Source: Puccinia triticina
Taxonomy: Eukaryota
Length of the DNA stretch: 64,000 bases
NCBI GenBank assembly: GCA_026914245.1
Contig: CP110439.1
Span: forward strand, 8,370,001-8,434,000
Direction: 5' to 3'
Of the stretch, positions 48,804-62,500 are shown one piece after another (position 1 is the first letter of the stretch; each line of letters begins with the position of its first letter). The translations under genes were made by a program, and so were the position numbers. The notes under the pieces are model-generated. The model was not told where the DNA came from. It made no database searches and saw nothing but the letters and a program-made list of their open reading frames with translations.

Positions 48804-51800
48804 CTCGGCAGGAGGGACTTGCGCCTTATCGCCCCTTTTTGCGGGGGCAAGATTCTAAATTTAGGTGGCAGGAGTTTTCAAACTTCTGTAATTCCTTGCT
48901 AAACAATCTTGAAACATGATCAAATGAGGATTTTGCATGGAAAGGGTCTGTGCTCACCAACACAGTTTCCACAGTTTGCTCTCCACGAGAATGTAGAGGG
49001 GATCATGTGAGATGTAAACATCTGCACTCCTTTCTCCAGCATGTTCCAACAATGTTGAGCTAATAAACAAGGAGTGGATGTGGTGGGTGAGTTGTAGAAA
49101 AAATAAACAAATCACCTTGAAAATCCATTCTTGGTGCGCGAGTTCGGGGAGCTACATAAGGGGCAAGTCCCTCCTGAGAGGCTAGCTTTGTGAGTTCACC
49201 CCCAAAGTCTTGAGGGACTTAAAGTTGGCCAAAAGCTCCTGGACTTGGATTCTGGAGCCCCAGGTCTGGCAGAGCTTAACAAAGCCTCTCAAATGAGGGT
49301 CCCAAAGGGACTCTCCGTAGTAGAGGCTTATGTTGCAAAATTAACACATATGCCTTATTGGTGAAATTTGCCTGAGAGAAATGCCAATAATCCTTACTTT
49401 TTTATGCTAAGGCCCCTGCATGATGTGTTCTTGGTGTAATCAACCTCTACATTGACTCATCAGATGCCTGGCCATCTCCTGCCACCTTTGTGTGCATTTT
49501 TCTCCTTCCCAAACCCAAGATACAAGGTTTGGAGTAAACAAAAACTTCATCCTGCCAAAAACAGTCCAAGTATAACTGTTTTTCAAATGAGCTGCCTCAG
49601 AATCTTGAGTGAACAGGCCCAAATGCATGTTCTCACAAAGTTGTTTGGCGATATCTGTCATTTTTTTTTCTTGAGGCAAGGTATTTGCACTAAAAATAAT
49701 GTTTCACAGACCTCAGGCTTGGCTCTTGCAACCCCCCATCTTCAATGGGTTATTGTGAGCAAGGAATGAGGAAATGTGATGATCTAAGAGCATTAAAAAT
49801 TAGAAAAGAAGCTGGGCTTTCATAATATCGAAGAATCTTGAGGAAATCTTTGCAGGCAAGCAAGCTATTGCAACATTTGATGGAAATGGTGTTTTTAGCC
49901 ATTCCTCTCAGGCCTAAATAACTAATATTGGATAAGTCCCTCCAGTGGAGGCGCTTGGTGCCCCCACCTTTGGAATTAACTAAGTTTGCTTATGTCATAA
50001 GCCGCCTGCGTGGCCTGACCACTTTGCGAAATTGGTCTGATTTTCACATTTTTTGAACTCAGCAACTATTTAAACGTAACAGAAGGCCTTGCATATTATT
50101 CTGAATACACCAACCTGTAGCCTTGCTTCTCCGGTGTATTTTATTTCTTTTTGGAAACATTTGGCCAAAAATATACAGTGGCTTGTGATTTGTAGTCATC
50201 CCCCTTGTTTCTTGCAAAGTAGAGTTTGACAGATGCAGATCCGTTCATATCATTGGTCCATGGACCCTCTCACAGTTTTTTGACTCAATGGTAAGTGTTA
50301 TACATGGGATCTGATGATCATGATTGTGAGAATTTTTTATGGATTTGGCACCAGATATATCTACTGCAATTGCTTACAATGTTATTCTATCTACACAAGG
50401 ATTCTTGGGAGGGTATAGAGATATTTGTTATTATGAAGCTGGAAGTCTTGCACTTTTAATGGTTCCAAGGGCCAGAGGTTTATCCAAGAGCTACTAGGTA
50501 ATATAGGGGGATGAGATCACCTCCAAGCCATTTGGCTGGTAGCTCTCCCCCTTGTAAGCCAAATTTAAATGCAATTCCCTCCCTTTGGGAGGCAGGCAAT
50601 TTGCCCACCTCCCCCCCCCCAAGCATAGGTATGAGGGAGGGACTTGTGTCAATTAAATGATAATTTTTGAAAATCTTTATTAATATTCCAACAAAACCAT
50701 GCATAACCAGAATCAATAGACTGACATGTGATGTGAATGATAAAAAATAATAATAGAATGAATCCCAAAATTCATCCTAAATTTTAGTGGGCAGTGAAAA
50801 CACCTCAGACATTGTTTTTTTGTTACCTGCAGTGCAAATTTGAAATTTCTTTCTTTTTTCCAATAACATTACTTATATTCATTCTTTTGGAAACTTTCTG
50901 TCCATCCTCTCAATAAATCAGAACTTAAGGTGTATGGTTTGTAAGTGTTCTAGTCAAAATAAATGTCTTGCAAACTTTCTTCTGGGCATTGCGGGGGTTT
51001 GAGCAGGGCACCAAGAGCTCCCCTCCGTCCATGGAGGCTGCTAAGTGGGCAGACCTGAGAGATCGGAGCTGGGCATGCCCTGACCGTGCGGAGCAAGCCG
51101 TCATGCAAGACCCCACAGCGCTGAGTCAGAGCGACTCATATATGAGTCCCCAGCAGAGGGAGAAACATGCTCAACGCGGACTTCTCCCTCCACAGATCTC
51201 TCCTCTCCTCACCCACTTCTCGCGCTCGCCATTTCTTGAGGCACCTCCCACCCACCCTTCTGTGCTTTGTGGGAGAGCCCCAATTCGCCAGGAGTAGGTG
51301 TACGCCTGAACCCTACTCCTGTTGTCTGTTGCAGTTGCCGAAGTGAATTAGCTTCATTTCTCTCACCCTGGTTGAGGCCAGGAGAGGGAAGAATCCCTGT
51401 CCTGCCTCTCTTCCCACACTTGCTACGGGCGGCTGCGGCACAGTAGCCTGTAGCAAGTACCAGGCGAGAAGCGGCAGCCGAATGGACTGTATCAGTGTAT
51501 AGTGGGTAGACAATTGTATCCACCACAACTTTTTGGACTCTATAATCTCCCCCCACCAACTTCAATTCATTCATTTCAGTGAGGTCTTTCAAAATAGGCT
51601 TATAAAGAGGAATATGATGAAATGAAAATGAAAAAACAAAGTTGTGATTTTTTAAAAAAGTTGAAAAAACACAAGTTTTTCTTGCAAGCTTAATTCTTTT
51701 TTTCAGAGAAAGGTGAATAGACATAAAGCAAGAATGTGTTATGAGCTGCACCTGCGCGCCTTGCCTACCCATAGACATTTCATGTAGTTACAAGTACATG

Positions 51801-52107
51801 TCACAGCTCTCCACCATGAGGAGGAGCCGTGTCAGCCTTAAAGTCAACTCAGCTGACCTAAAGTCTGCCTTTTTCTACTTCTTACATATGAATTACTTCA
51901 TATCTTTTTCATCTTAAGAGATATCCTTGTTTTGACTTCATTGTCTGCTTCCTCATGCAATTTTAACTCTAGTTACAACTTACCAATTCTTTGTAACTCT
52001 ACTCCTTCCCTGAGTTCTTGAGTTGTAGCACGCATGCGCAGTTGTGACATGTCAGCGCTACCAGGCGCGCCAAACCACATGTACATGTGTAAATTACATA
52101 AGAAAAC

Positions 52108-52879
52108 TGTGAAAATTTTTGTAGTCAGGATCCCCCTTGCCTGAGGAGGATCTACAGACTTCAGCACACCAGAACCACACCCCAGATAACCCCAGGATCA
52201 CCACCAAAGAGATTACCACGCTCCCAGTATACCTACCATCACAGGCACCTAGGATATTGACAGTAAGTAACCTCTTTCACTGAAACTTGTTTATCCCAGA
52301 GGTACAACTCTGTGTCTGCTTGATTTGCTCTTCTTTTGCTGGCCTTTGCCTCATCCTTGATCACAGGGCTGCCCCTGCTTAACATCATTCTTTTTCTGTG
52401 GTTTTTGTAAGAAACAAACCACATAGGTTTCCCTTTAAAGAACCTTGACTATCCAGAAGGAAGCCAAAAATTGTGGCTGGATTAAACTTGTCTAATCCAG
52501 AAGCCCTCCATGTTTCTTTGGTGAGAGGAGGCTGTTGCACTCTCTAGCACAGCTTGGCAGCACTCTTCTAAAGAGGTAGCATTGCCAGTGGACGTGCATT
52601 CTCACCAGAATAACCTCGAATATCTGCTTAATCTTGAATCTTCTCAGTCTCTTTCTCTCCCTCTCTCTCTCTCTCTTATATTTGTATTTTCTTTATCCAA
52701 AGAAATCCAAATATTCCCCCCTTTTCTCTTGTGTCCTGCTGTCACTATAGAGACTCAGGCTCACAAGCCGGGGAGAGATCCTCACACTCTCCCCATCTAG
52801 TAATCTATCAACTAGCTAGTGAACCCGTGCAGAAGAAACCGGAGGCAAGTCATCCTTCCCCCTAAGATTAACCCTCACA
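52108..52879. mobile_element. Probable solo LTR
   Basis: TGTGA...TCACA ends and an internal CT-rich tract. The flanks show no matching TSD. Confidence 0.35.
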
Positions 52880-53270
52880 GAATGGAACATGAAACAAATG
52901 ATAATAAATAAAAAAAATGTGACCCCAAAAAGGTTTGGCTTGGTGGGTGGACAATCTGCAGTCAAAATGGGGACATTACAGTGCCAGGATGCCAGGTATG
53001 CTGATGAATGACTCACTCCACACATCTTTTAAACCACATAGAATCAATTGTTTTTTACTTTTTTACTTATCATCATTCATTTGAGATCTCATACTATCAT
53101 TCCTCAACCTTCTAAATTTTTTGAGAAAATATTGCCTTTTTTGTTTTTTTTGTTTGTTTAATTTTTGTAAATTACATAACTTTGATTTTAATTTTGATTT
53201 TGATTTTTTCATATTTGTGTTTTGAAGACTATTTTTAAACATCTCACCAATACTAGTGACTTGAAGTTGG

Positions 53271-53462
53271 TTGGTTGAGTTTCTATGGTCCAAAAATGGT
53301 GTGGTGTATACAATTTTCTACCCACTGTACCATGACATGTTAGCCCGAGTTGAGAAGTATTTAAATGAGGCTATGAATTGCAAAACATTGGGGCTTGCTC
53401 CATTCTTGCATCCGTGCTACTGGATGCACATCAAGCCAAGCCCTGCAGGGGGAAATATCTAG
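53271..53462 (+). pseudogene. Possible degraded hAT-like transposase fragment
   Basis: MLARVEKYLNEAMNCKTLGLAPFLHP resembles the 'K..KY......A..LHP' segment of hAT transposases. Surrounding frames are broken. Confidence 0.35.
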
Positions 53463-53770
53463 TTCCACTACAAGGAATTAATTTCATACAAGGCTCACTG
53501 TACTCCCTGTCAGAGCAGGCTGGGGTCTATCACTTCCATGGGCATTGGGGGCCCTGTTTTTCAGGCTACCCACATAACCAACTGTCATCCAGGAAACAGT
53601 GGATGTACCAGGGACATCCCCAAGAGGCAGCCTGCAGCCTTTTGGCAACCCAATCCAAGCCCTGCAGAGGGAAATGTCTAGTTCCACTAGAAATTAATTG
53701 CATACAAGGCTCACTGTACTCCCCATCAGAGCAGGCTGGGGACTACCACTTCCATGGGAATTGGGGGCCC
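53432..53770. repeat. Direct duplication of about 120 bp, copies about 220 bp apart
   Basis: CAAGCCCTGCAG.GGGAAAT.TCTAGTTCCACTA...CACTTCCATGGG.ATTGGGGGCCC occurs at about 53437 and 53655. Confidence 0.75.
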
Positions 53771-54167
53771 CATTTTAGTCCCCACCAAATGCCACTGTGT
53801 TATGCCCTCATGTAGGCAACAGATTTGAGCAAGTCCCAATTGCATTTTCACCAGTTTTCTCTACATAAATGGTGAGCTTGGCGCCTTGGGTAGTGTGGAT
53901 ACATTTATAGGTGGATAGCTTTGGAACAGCTGAGGCAAGTTGAGGGACCTGGTGAATACCCTTCTAAAGTGTCTGTGAGGCATAAACCCAACTAACCCAT
54001 GACTTAGCAGCTGTTGACAAACATCCAGGCAGGGGCTGGTAGGGAAATACTGCAGCCAGTCCCCACATCAGCACTTTATTGGTTCATTTATGCGGAATTG
54101 ATTGTATATTTGTTGTATTATGCTGTTGTTCTCTCTAAATTCTAACCAATCAACCCTTTCATATGTA

Positions 54168-54833
54168 CAGTGGGTCATCTAATGTTTTTGGCACTGCATT
54201 TTTCATTGCAGAAGATCAGGCAAGAGACCCAAAGTGATGGGATTGGCTGCAGGGGTGTAAAATAAGTTCCCAAGAACGATTATGACAGAAAAAAATGAAA
54301 ATGAAAAATATGAAAAGTGTGGAAATTTTCCAATTTTGTGCAAATTTCTCAGAATCCTTTTAAACCAAGGAGAGAAAATTACAGAGCACAGTATGGCATG
54401 TGACAGGAATGATAAAGAATGAAAAAAAACTGAGACCATTTTCAATGATTTTTGTTGGATCAAATAATTCTGGTCAAATTGGTGTTGATTTGGCCTGCAG
54501 GTGCCAACTTCTATTTCAAATGGGTGGATACCTCATTCACCCAAAAAATCATTGAAAACGGTCTCAGTTTTTCATTTTTTATCATTCCTGTCACATGCCA
54601 TACTGCTCTGTAATTTTCTCTCCTTGCTTTGAGCACTAATAAATATTCTGAGAAATTTGCACAAAATTGGAAGATTTTCACACTTTTCATATTTTTCACT
54701 TTCATTTTTTTTCTATCATAATCATTCTTGGGAACTTATTTTACACCCCTGCAGCCAATCCCATCACTTTGGGTCTGTTGCCTGAGCTTCTGCAATGAAA
54801 AATGCAGTGCCAAAAACATTAGATGACCCACTG
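54168..54833. mobile_element. Tc1/mariner-type MITE (666 bp) with about 290-bp TIRs
   Basis: CAGTGGGTCATCTAATG...CATTAGATGACCCACTG, flanked by TA on both sides. The arms pair almost to the centre. Confidence 0.9.
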
Positions 54834-55227
54834 TACATACATACTCAAAGATTAGCAAATCCACCAAATTAGACCCACAGTGCACGCAGCATGTGCTCTT
54901 GAGAGGGCTTCTGCCCGCTGTAAAACTTTGATGGGCTTTGGGTACCCCAGTGAGAAGGTATTTTTTCTGCAATTTCTTGTAAAATTACATTTCCAACTCC
55001 CAATCTATGCGGGGAAATTACATTCCAACTACCAAAAATTACGTTTTGAGTCAGAATGTAATTTTTGGGAGTCAATTAGTTAAGCCCCTTAAAGAAAGCC
55101 AAAAATTACATCCAAGTACAACATTGGTGCGCAATATAAATAAACACGTGTGGATCTGGTTGTTGCTACACATAATGGATGCCACAGTCAAAATGTTTTA
55201 AACAGCCAAACAGTTGACAGTATGAAA

Positions 55228-58200
55228 TCAGCCGGCAAACAGCCGGATGCCGAGGTAGATTGTTGATCCGCCGAGCCGGATCAGCGCCACTGTGAAACAA
55301 AAAGGGAGGGGAGAAGTTGGAGGATTGGTCAGAAGGACGGTCTGATGATTGATATCAGGGCGGAGACTTACTGAAGGCTACAAAGCCAAGAATGATGATC
55401 ATGTATAGCCGGACCTTCAAGCTGGCTTTTCCCAAAGCAAAGGAGCTTCTCACATCGCCATCCAAAATGCAAGCGACCAAGATACCCTAGATAACCCAGC
55501 GCTCAGCGAGTGTACCTATAAGAATCGATCAAGGCGGATCGGGAGGAGACTTACGTTGGTGAGCGTCCAGAGCAGGACAACGTTTGTTCGGACGCTTTTG
55601 TAATAGTCTTGCTTTAGAGCTTCTTTCTCCTTGTCCGACCGGTTCTTTTCGACCAATTTCGGCCGAGTTTTCAGGTTCATCAGCGCGTCGTCATAAGTCT
55701 GGTCAAGATCTTTCTGCTCCAGCGGGCATGTGATCTCTACTTTCGAATCGCCAGCAGAGACTGCCACTCCCAGGTCGGTTAAAATGATATTGTGGTCCTT
55801 CGTTCCCCAAGAAAAATCATGCTACGCCGTGTCAAAAGGGTACGCACACGAAATTCAGTCTGAGAATCGTCAAAGAATCACACAGTTGTGTGGCACCAGT
55901 TGCTGGCTTACAAGGTTTGCGAATGCATAGACGTTGAGTACGTTGATATATGCTGGGGCCAATAACCTGAGAGGAATAAACACTCAATGATGAGTGACGT
56001 TTGGTTCAAATTCTGATAGATTGGCTGAGTGGTTACTCACAAATACTGCAACATGCAGGTTAGCAAATGCCACGGATCTAGCGCCAGGACACTTGACGTG
56101 ATCCAAGAGCCTGAGTCGAGCAAAATGCCAGATCAGTCAGCGAGCGGGTCAAGGATGATCGGATAAGAGCAAGATTGCTCGATCTTACCCAAAGTAGCAA
56201 TCAATGAAATGACGATCTGCGCATACAGGGTGGCATTGGCTCCACCCTTGACAGCTTTGACTAAAATCAACACACACGCGACCAACATGTAGAGTGCAAG
56301 GCATGCAAAAATGATCATAGCAGAAATATATTTCCACTTGGCCCTGGGAAGGATAGAATGACCGTCAACTATTTGTTTTAAGGCTAGTAACTGAAAGTCA
56401 CGTCACTTACCCTTGTGGCCGGTTTCCCATGGATAGCAAAAAGCACCCTATCAAAGTTCCAGTATAGAGATACTAAGCAATAGCATTCTACACATGTCAA
56501 TCATCTTACTCTCGTATGCGACTAAAGCGAGCAAGTAATCTTACGTGTAATAAAGTATTGATAATTGTGATCGCCTTGGGCATTTTGAGAGATGGGTCTT
56601 CGAGTGAGGATGATAGTAGTACAAAAAAAATGTACTGATGTAGGACAGCAGTATGTTAGCTCACGCTGTAATAACTGAGAAAAGCCGAGAGGGGGGAGGG
56701 GGAGGAGGGATCATACTCACATAGTTTGCCAATCCAAACCAAGCAAATAAAAGATTCAAAAAGTTGTAGAGTCCTTCGAAGTAGAGTGCAAGAGCCTTCT
56801 TTCGGGAGTGTTCGGTGCGAGACATCTGGCCTATATGTGCCAAGGAATAGATAGCGGCGAAGAAGCTTCCGTTGAGCCAACGACGGCGCTGACTGATGAA
56901 TTCTGGGACCTCGTTGGGCACATCGGTCTCGCCCCAGGCGCTCTTGACGTACTTTAGCACCCAGTTGTGCCCGCGTTTGGCCACCAGCTCCCAGCACAGG
57001 ATCCGGTCCTCGGCCAGATACATGTTCGACGTAAACACATCCGCATCCCGACCGGCAAGCGTTTCGCCCTTGAAGTACGACGCTAGCGGTCCCCGCCCGA
57101 TCTCATCGTTCTTGAGTGCAATGTATCGATAGGCTGAGAATGCGCCGGGTAGAACAGATATATAGCCGAATACGGATTCCGTTGGTTTATCCAAGATGTC
57201 TAGAAGACCAACCAACATTCTCATCATCAGTATCTCACAAGGCATAGCGCAGGTGTGAGTGCCTAATAACGTGCTCACTTGACATTTTATATTCGAAGTT
57301 TTGAGCGGCCACTAGGGGGTTGAGTAGTCCGAGCCAGCCTTTGCCTTTCATCGCACAAATCTCACCACACGCGCCACCGACGTTTGAGTTGAGATCCATG
57401 CATTTCCAGAGATGGTACAAGCTACGCGGGCCCGGTTTGGTGCCCACGTCGAGAAGCACGCAGACGTTGGGCTGAAGGAGTGGACAGAAGGCGTTGAACA
57501 TCCACCGGTGAGAGTTGATCTTCTTCTGGTTGCGCTCTTTCATGCAGAAGATGATCTGTGTGGGCACGATCCCCTTCTCTAATCCCTTGAACTTCAGGTC
57601 ACTGTCTACCGAAAGTTGGGTGGTGAACTCGTAAATGTGTGCTGTCACGGGTTGGTCTTGAACCATGTTGGATCCTACGCCATCTTGATAAACACCTAAT
57701 GCGGAAAGACTACCCCCCAAGAAACCGTGTATTAGCGCTGACAGGACTATGTATGTATGGTGACCAGGAGAGCTTACCAGTCGAGAACTCGTGGATGAAT
57801 GACCTTCCGCCCATCCGCAACGATGCAGACCACCACTTTCTTCCAGCCGTCTTTTCCCCACGTCCTGGATTTATTTCTGGTGCAAAGATGGGCGATGTTT
57901 TCTTTGAGGATGATAATAAGGCGACACGTATATTAGTGCTTGCTCTTTTTTGTGTGGCGGCTATTTTACATTTGAGAAAGTGCTGGTGATCTGACGATCG
58001 TGGGTGGGAAGATGATCTTAACTCATAACTCCGTGCATCGTTCGCGTGAATAACACTTCGTCTTCATTGTACATCGTCACTCCCACAAACAGTTCGGTTT
58101 CGCGGTTCATCTTAGCAGCTCGGAGGGTGTATCTCTCAGATTCAAAATCATCAGGCTGAATTGAATGGGCGGAATGATGCAAAAAAGAAAGATGTCGTGG

Positions 58201-58817
58201 TCAGGTTCGCGTGGGAGGGGGATGGGGAAGAAGAAAGACAGACTATCGAGCAAGCGAACATCACACGTGGCAGCGGTGTAAGACATGATCTCGAACTCCT
58301 CCTCTCCGCGACGGGGCAGGAAGCTTAACAATCGAGCGGGTATGGGGCGGTCGATAACCAAGTTTCCGTTTGTGAGTGCGACCCTCTTCCTGGTGCGATT
58401 GCGCCTGAGGGCGCGTCCGGCGGGTGCGGGGCCCCAGTGAGGGTTGGCGGGTGTGTTGAGAGAGTTGAGTTGGGTGGATGAGGAGGTGTGATCCTCGAGG
58501 ACGATGTTTGCGTATGCGGGCTCCTTCTCATCCTCGGTTCCATAGGCATAACCTTGCTCGTCCTCGTCTGAGATCCCGATCGAATGGGTAAACGGGTCGA
58601 GTTCGTGGGTGATCGGCGGGGGCATGTTGGGCGCTGGGCGGGTATGGGATTCGATGGACTCGGCCTGGCTCGGTATATCTTCGTGGCCGTGGCCGTGCTC
58701 GGAATGATGGGGTGATTGTTGTGTTTCGGTAGAGGTGTGATGATAGAGCAGGGCATCGGCATCCGATGGGATGGGATAGGAGGAGCCGGTCTCGTCCACG
58801 TCAAGCCGGATATCCAT
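55228..58817 (-). CDS. CHS: Chitin synthase, division 1 (class I-III type), multi-exon
   Basis: [86 protein letters not shown] at 55228-55230. Confidence 0.94.
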
Positions 58818-59552
58818 TTATGTAAACTTGCTCTTCCTGTCTGTCGATGGGCGGTTCAACTTCTACGGTCGCTGCACTGTGATGTCAGCGGGTGTATTTT
58901 CTGGGAGATGGAAGGGGTGATGAATATATTAATCCAGCACTGTGTACATGGGGCCGCCGACAGTTTCGGGCATCAGGAAGGACCCTCTAAAATATGATTA
59001 GTTGCACCATCGGTGATCCGATATCCATCCCCACTGCTTGTCTTCACCTCGGCGCGTCTCGGCGAGTCAGCCGGCGACGCGTCCCCGTCCCTGTCAGCGA
59101 GAGCTGTCTCCGGCCATGTCACAGGTTCAGAGACGAGGAAGCCAGTTGGCCCCGCCCCCCCCGATCGGACGGGGACCCACCCGGGATGGTGGGCTCCCGC
59201 TCCGCCTTAAAGCCAGATGGGCCTCGATGGGCACCGGCCGACCAAATATTCCCGATCGTCACTGAGGCCGCAGCCATCCACACACAAACACTCACTCCCG
59301 CCGAACAACCACGCCCGCCTGTCCGCCTCGTGTACGCCCACTCCCCAGACTCTTCGGTCTGGCTCGATTCGATCGGCCAACTTGACTCATGTGAACAGCG
59401 ACCCTACTATCTGTCTGGCCTCTCAGTCTCAGTCCGAATGTACACTCCCAACCATTGATTCGTATCATCCTGCGATCGACCCTCTTGCGCCCCCTCAAAA
59501 CAAATAATTTATCATCCATCTCATACCGCTTCCGCACCACACCCCCTCCCAC

Positions 59553-62500
59553 ATGGATCGATCAATCGCCCCAAGACCGATCGAAGCCATCCTCGTCGAT
59601 CTCAAGTCTAGGTCAGTCACCGCACAGGAACCCTCATCACATCATCAAATTCATCAGCACAAGCACGCTCCATCCTGACTGTTGACTGCTTCCCCTAGAT
59701 CAGACGAGCTCCGCTCCCGTGCTGCTCATGAAGTCCAACAATTTGTTCGTCCTCAACTAAAACATTTAGTCCTACAGTCTTCCCACAAACCGACACAGAT
59801 AAACATAAATTCATCAATTGATCACATCCCCTTAGGTTCTCACCTCCTCTCGAGGAGTAACGGGCGACTCGTTTACAAAAGTCTACAATGAAGTCAGTGG
59901 CCGGATCCAAATCGCAGTATCATCAAATGACATGAACGAAAAATTGGGCGCCCTCCAAGCAATGGGTACCTCAATCTCACTACAACATTTCTTTTCACGC
60001 ATCTATCAATCTCTTACCTCCTGTATCTCGTCTATCCACAGAAAAGCTCATCGACATCATGGGCGAAGATACCACCAGGGCTTACAAACTAGTTTCTTAT
60101 GTTCAGAAAGTTTTGCCCTGCCAAGATCCGCTAGTCATGGGCTATGCGGCCAAAATATTCGGCAAGTGGTCATCTCATTCTGGTCGATCACTATCCAGTC
60201 GAGCTTATCTTCCCACACGTTTTCATCATCGGTAATGTGCCTCCATTCTAGCCCGGCTCTGCTCGAAAGGCGGCAATCTCATGTTGGAAAACGTCCGAAA
60301 ACAGCTGGTCCGGGTCATCGAATGGCTACAGGGTGAGCGAAAAGAAGAACGAAGACATGCCGCCGCCCTCCTACTGCGAGAGATGGTCCGGGTGCCTCCT
60401 TCGAGTGTGATCTATGACGCCTTGCCCGATCTACTCGACAATCTGTGGACTGCGATGCGTGATCCCAAAGTGGTCATCCGAGAAGTGGCCTCAGACGCTC
60501 TGGCTGGTCTACTGTGTTTTACCTCCACTCGTGAAAGTACCACTCGGGATGAATGCTTCTCGATGGTTCTACAGCAGGCCCAGAAAGGCTTTAAACTCGG
60601 CACTTCTGATGCCATCCATGGTAGCCTGTTGGGAATTAAAGAATTAATCCTCGAAGGTGGAGCTGTGAGTGTTTTTTCTTCGCTTGTGGATTGATTTGTG
60701 ATGGCCATAGTGTTTTGCTCATCCCATCCTGATAATACCCCATGCTCGCTGTCAAAACTGATGATGGTCATCTATTTCAGTTCATGCGACCGAGGTTCCA
60801 CGAAATCTCCGATCAAGTTTTGACGTATAAAGATCATCGCGAGGCCCTAGTCCGACGGGCAGTAGTCGAACTGATACCCACCTTGGCTTCTTACAACTCC
60901 GCTGAATTTTCCTCGACATATCTTTATCAATGTATGATGTATCTTATCGAACAACTACGCAAGGATCGGGATCGGACCACCTCGTTCTACGCAATCGGTC
61001 ACGTCGCCGTAGCCGTCAAGCAGCAGATGTCTTTATATCTCGAGGCCGTTTTGGCATCCATCAAGGAAGCTTTAGTCAATCGGGGCAAAAAGAACAGTCC
61101 TTCCGAAGCCTCCATCTTCCATTGCATTAGCAAGTGTGCTTCCGCCGTGGGGCAAGCAATGACCAAGCATATGCACGAATTACTCGAATTGATGTTTTCC
61201 AACGGTCTCAGCGAGCCTCTTAGGGCAGCACTAGTTGATTTGGCACGGTTCATCCCCCCTCTGCTGCCCATTGTCCAAGGTACTCTCGAACTTTTCTGCT
61301 CTTCGTTCTGCCGACGTGATCTAATTTGTCAGATTTCCGTTTCATTTGTTTTATTTGATTTGGTTTACTAGAGAAGTTGCTTGACCTGCTTGCGGTGACA
61401 CTCTCCGGAGAAAAATTCAAGCCTCCTGGGATGCCGATCAATTGGAAGGCTGCTTCCAATCCCACTGACCTCAGCGTAAGTTATCAAAGTTCCCTTGATC
61501 CTCCCCTTTGGAAGTGCTCTTTCATCTTTTTTGATGCATCGACTCCATGTTTGGTTTTCATTTGCAGGCCATGGAGACCGATCGAGCGACCGTTACTCTG
61601 GCGCTGAAAACCTTTGGTACATTCAACTTCAAAGGGCATCGGCTGAATGAATTCGTGAGGGATGTCGTGATTCGATATGCAGATGACGAGTCACCAGATG
61701 TTCGGCAAGCTGCTGCCACTTGCTGCGCCCAAATTTTGGCCCGGGATCCAATTATCCATCAAAATTCATCGTATGCTATCAAGCTGATATCCGATGTCCT
61801 AACCAAGCTACTCGCTGTCGTAATTGCCGATCCGCTACCGTCGATACGCCAGTCTACTCTTTTAGCCTTAGATCCGAAATTTGACCGTTTTTTGGCCCAC
61901 CCTAACAACATCAAACAGCTATTCATTGTACTAAACGACGAGGTTCATGTGATCCGAGAATCTGCTATTAAGACCATTGGACGACTCGCCAAGCGTAACC
62001 CGGCTTACATCGTACCGAATCTCAGGAAAACTTTGATCCAACTTTTGACAGACCTCGAATATTCAAGTGACGTCCGGCGCAAAGAAGAAAGTTCTAATCT
62101 CCTAGCCCATCTTATCAGCTGTTCAAAAAGTCTCACCAAGCCATACGTGGCCCCCATGCTGAAAGTTTTATTACCGAAGGCTCGGGATTCGAACCCTGCT
62201 GTAGCTTCTTCAATCATGATGGCTCTGGGCGAGTTGGCACGAGTAGGAGGAGCCGAGGTCTCCAGCCAGACAGGCACTATTATGCATTTGATTATGGATA
62301 CTTTGAAAGATCTTTCATCGACGGGAAAACGAGAAGCAGCCTTGAAAACTCTGGGTCAGCTCTGCTCAAATACGGGCTATGTGGTCGAGCCTTACTTTGA
62401 CGAGCCAACGCTCTTACCAATTATCACATCGATTTTGAAGACCGAAGCATCAAGTCACGTTCGCAGAGAAGCGTTGCGAGTCTTAGGAATTCTGGGCGCC

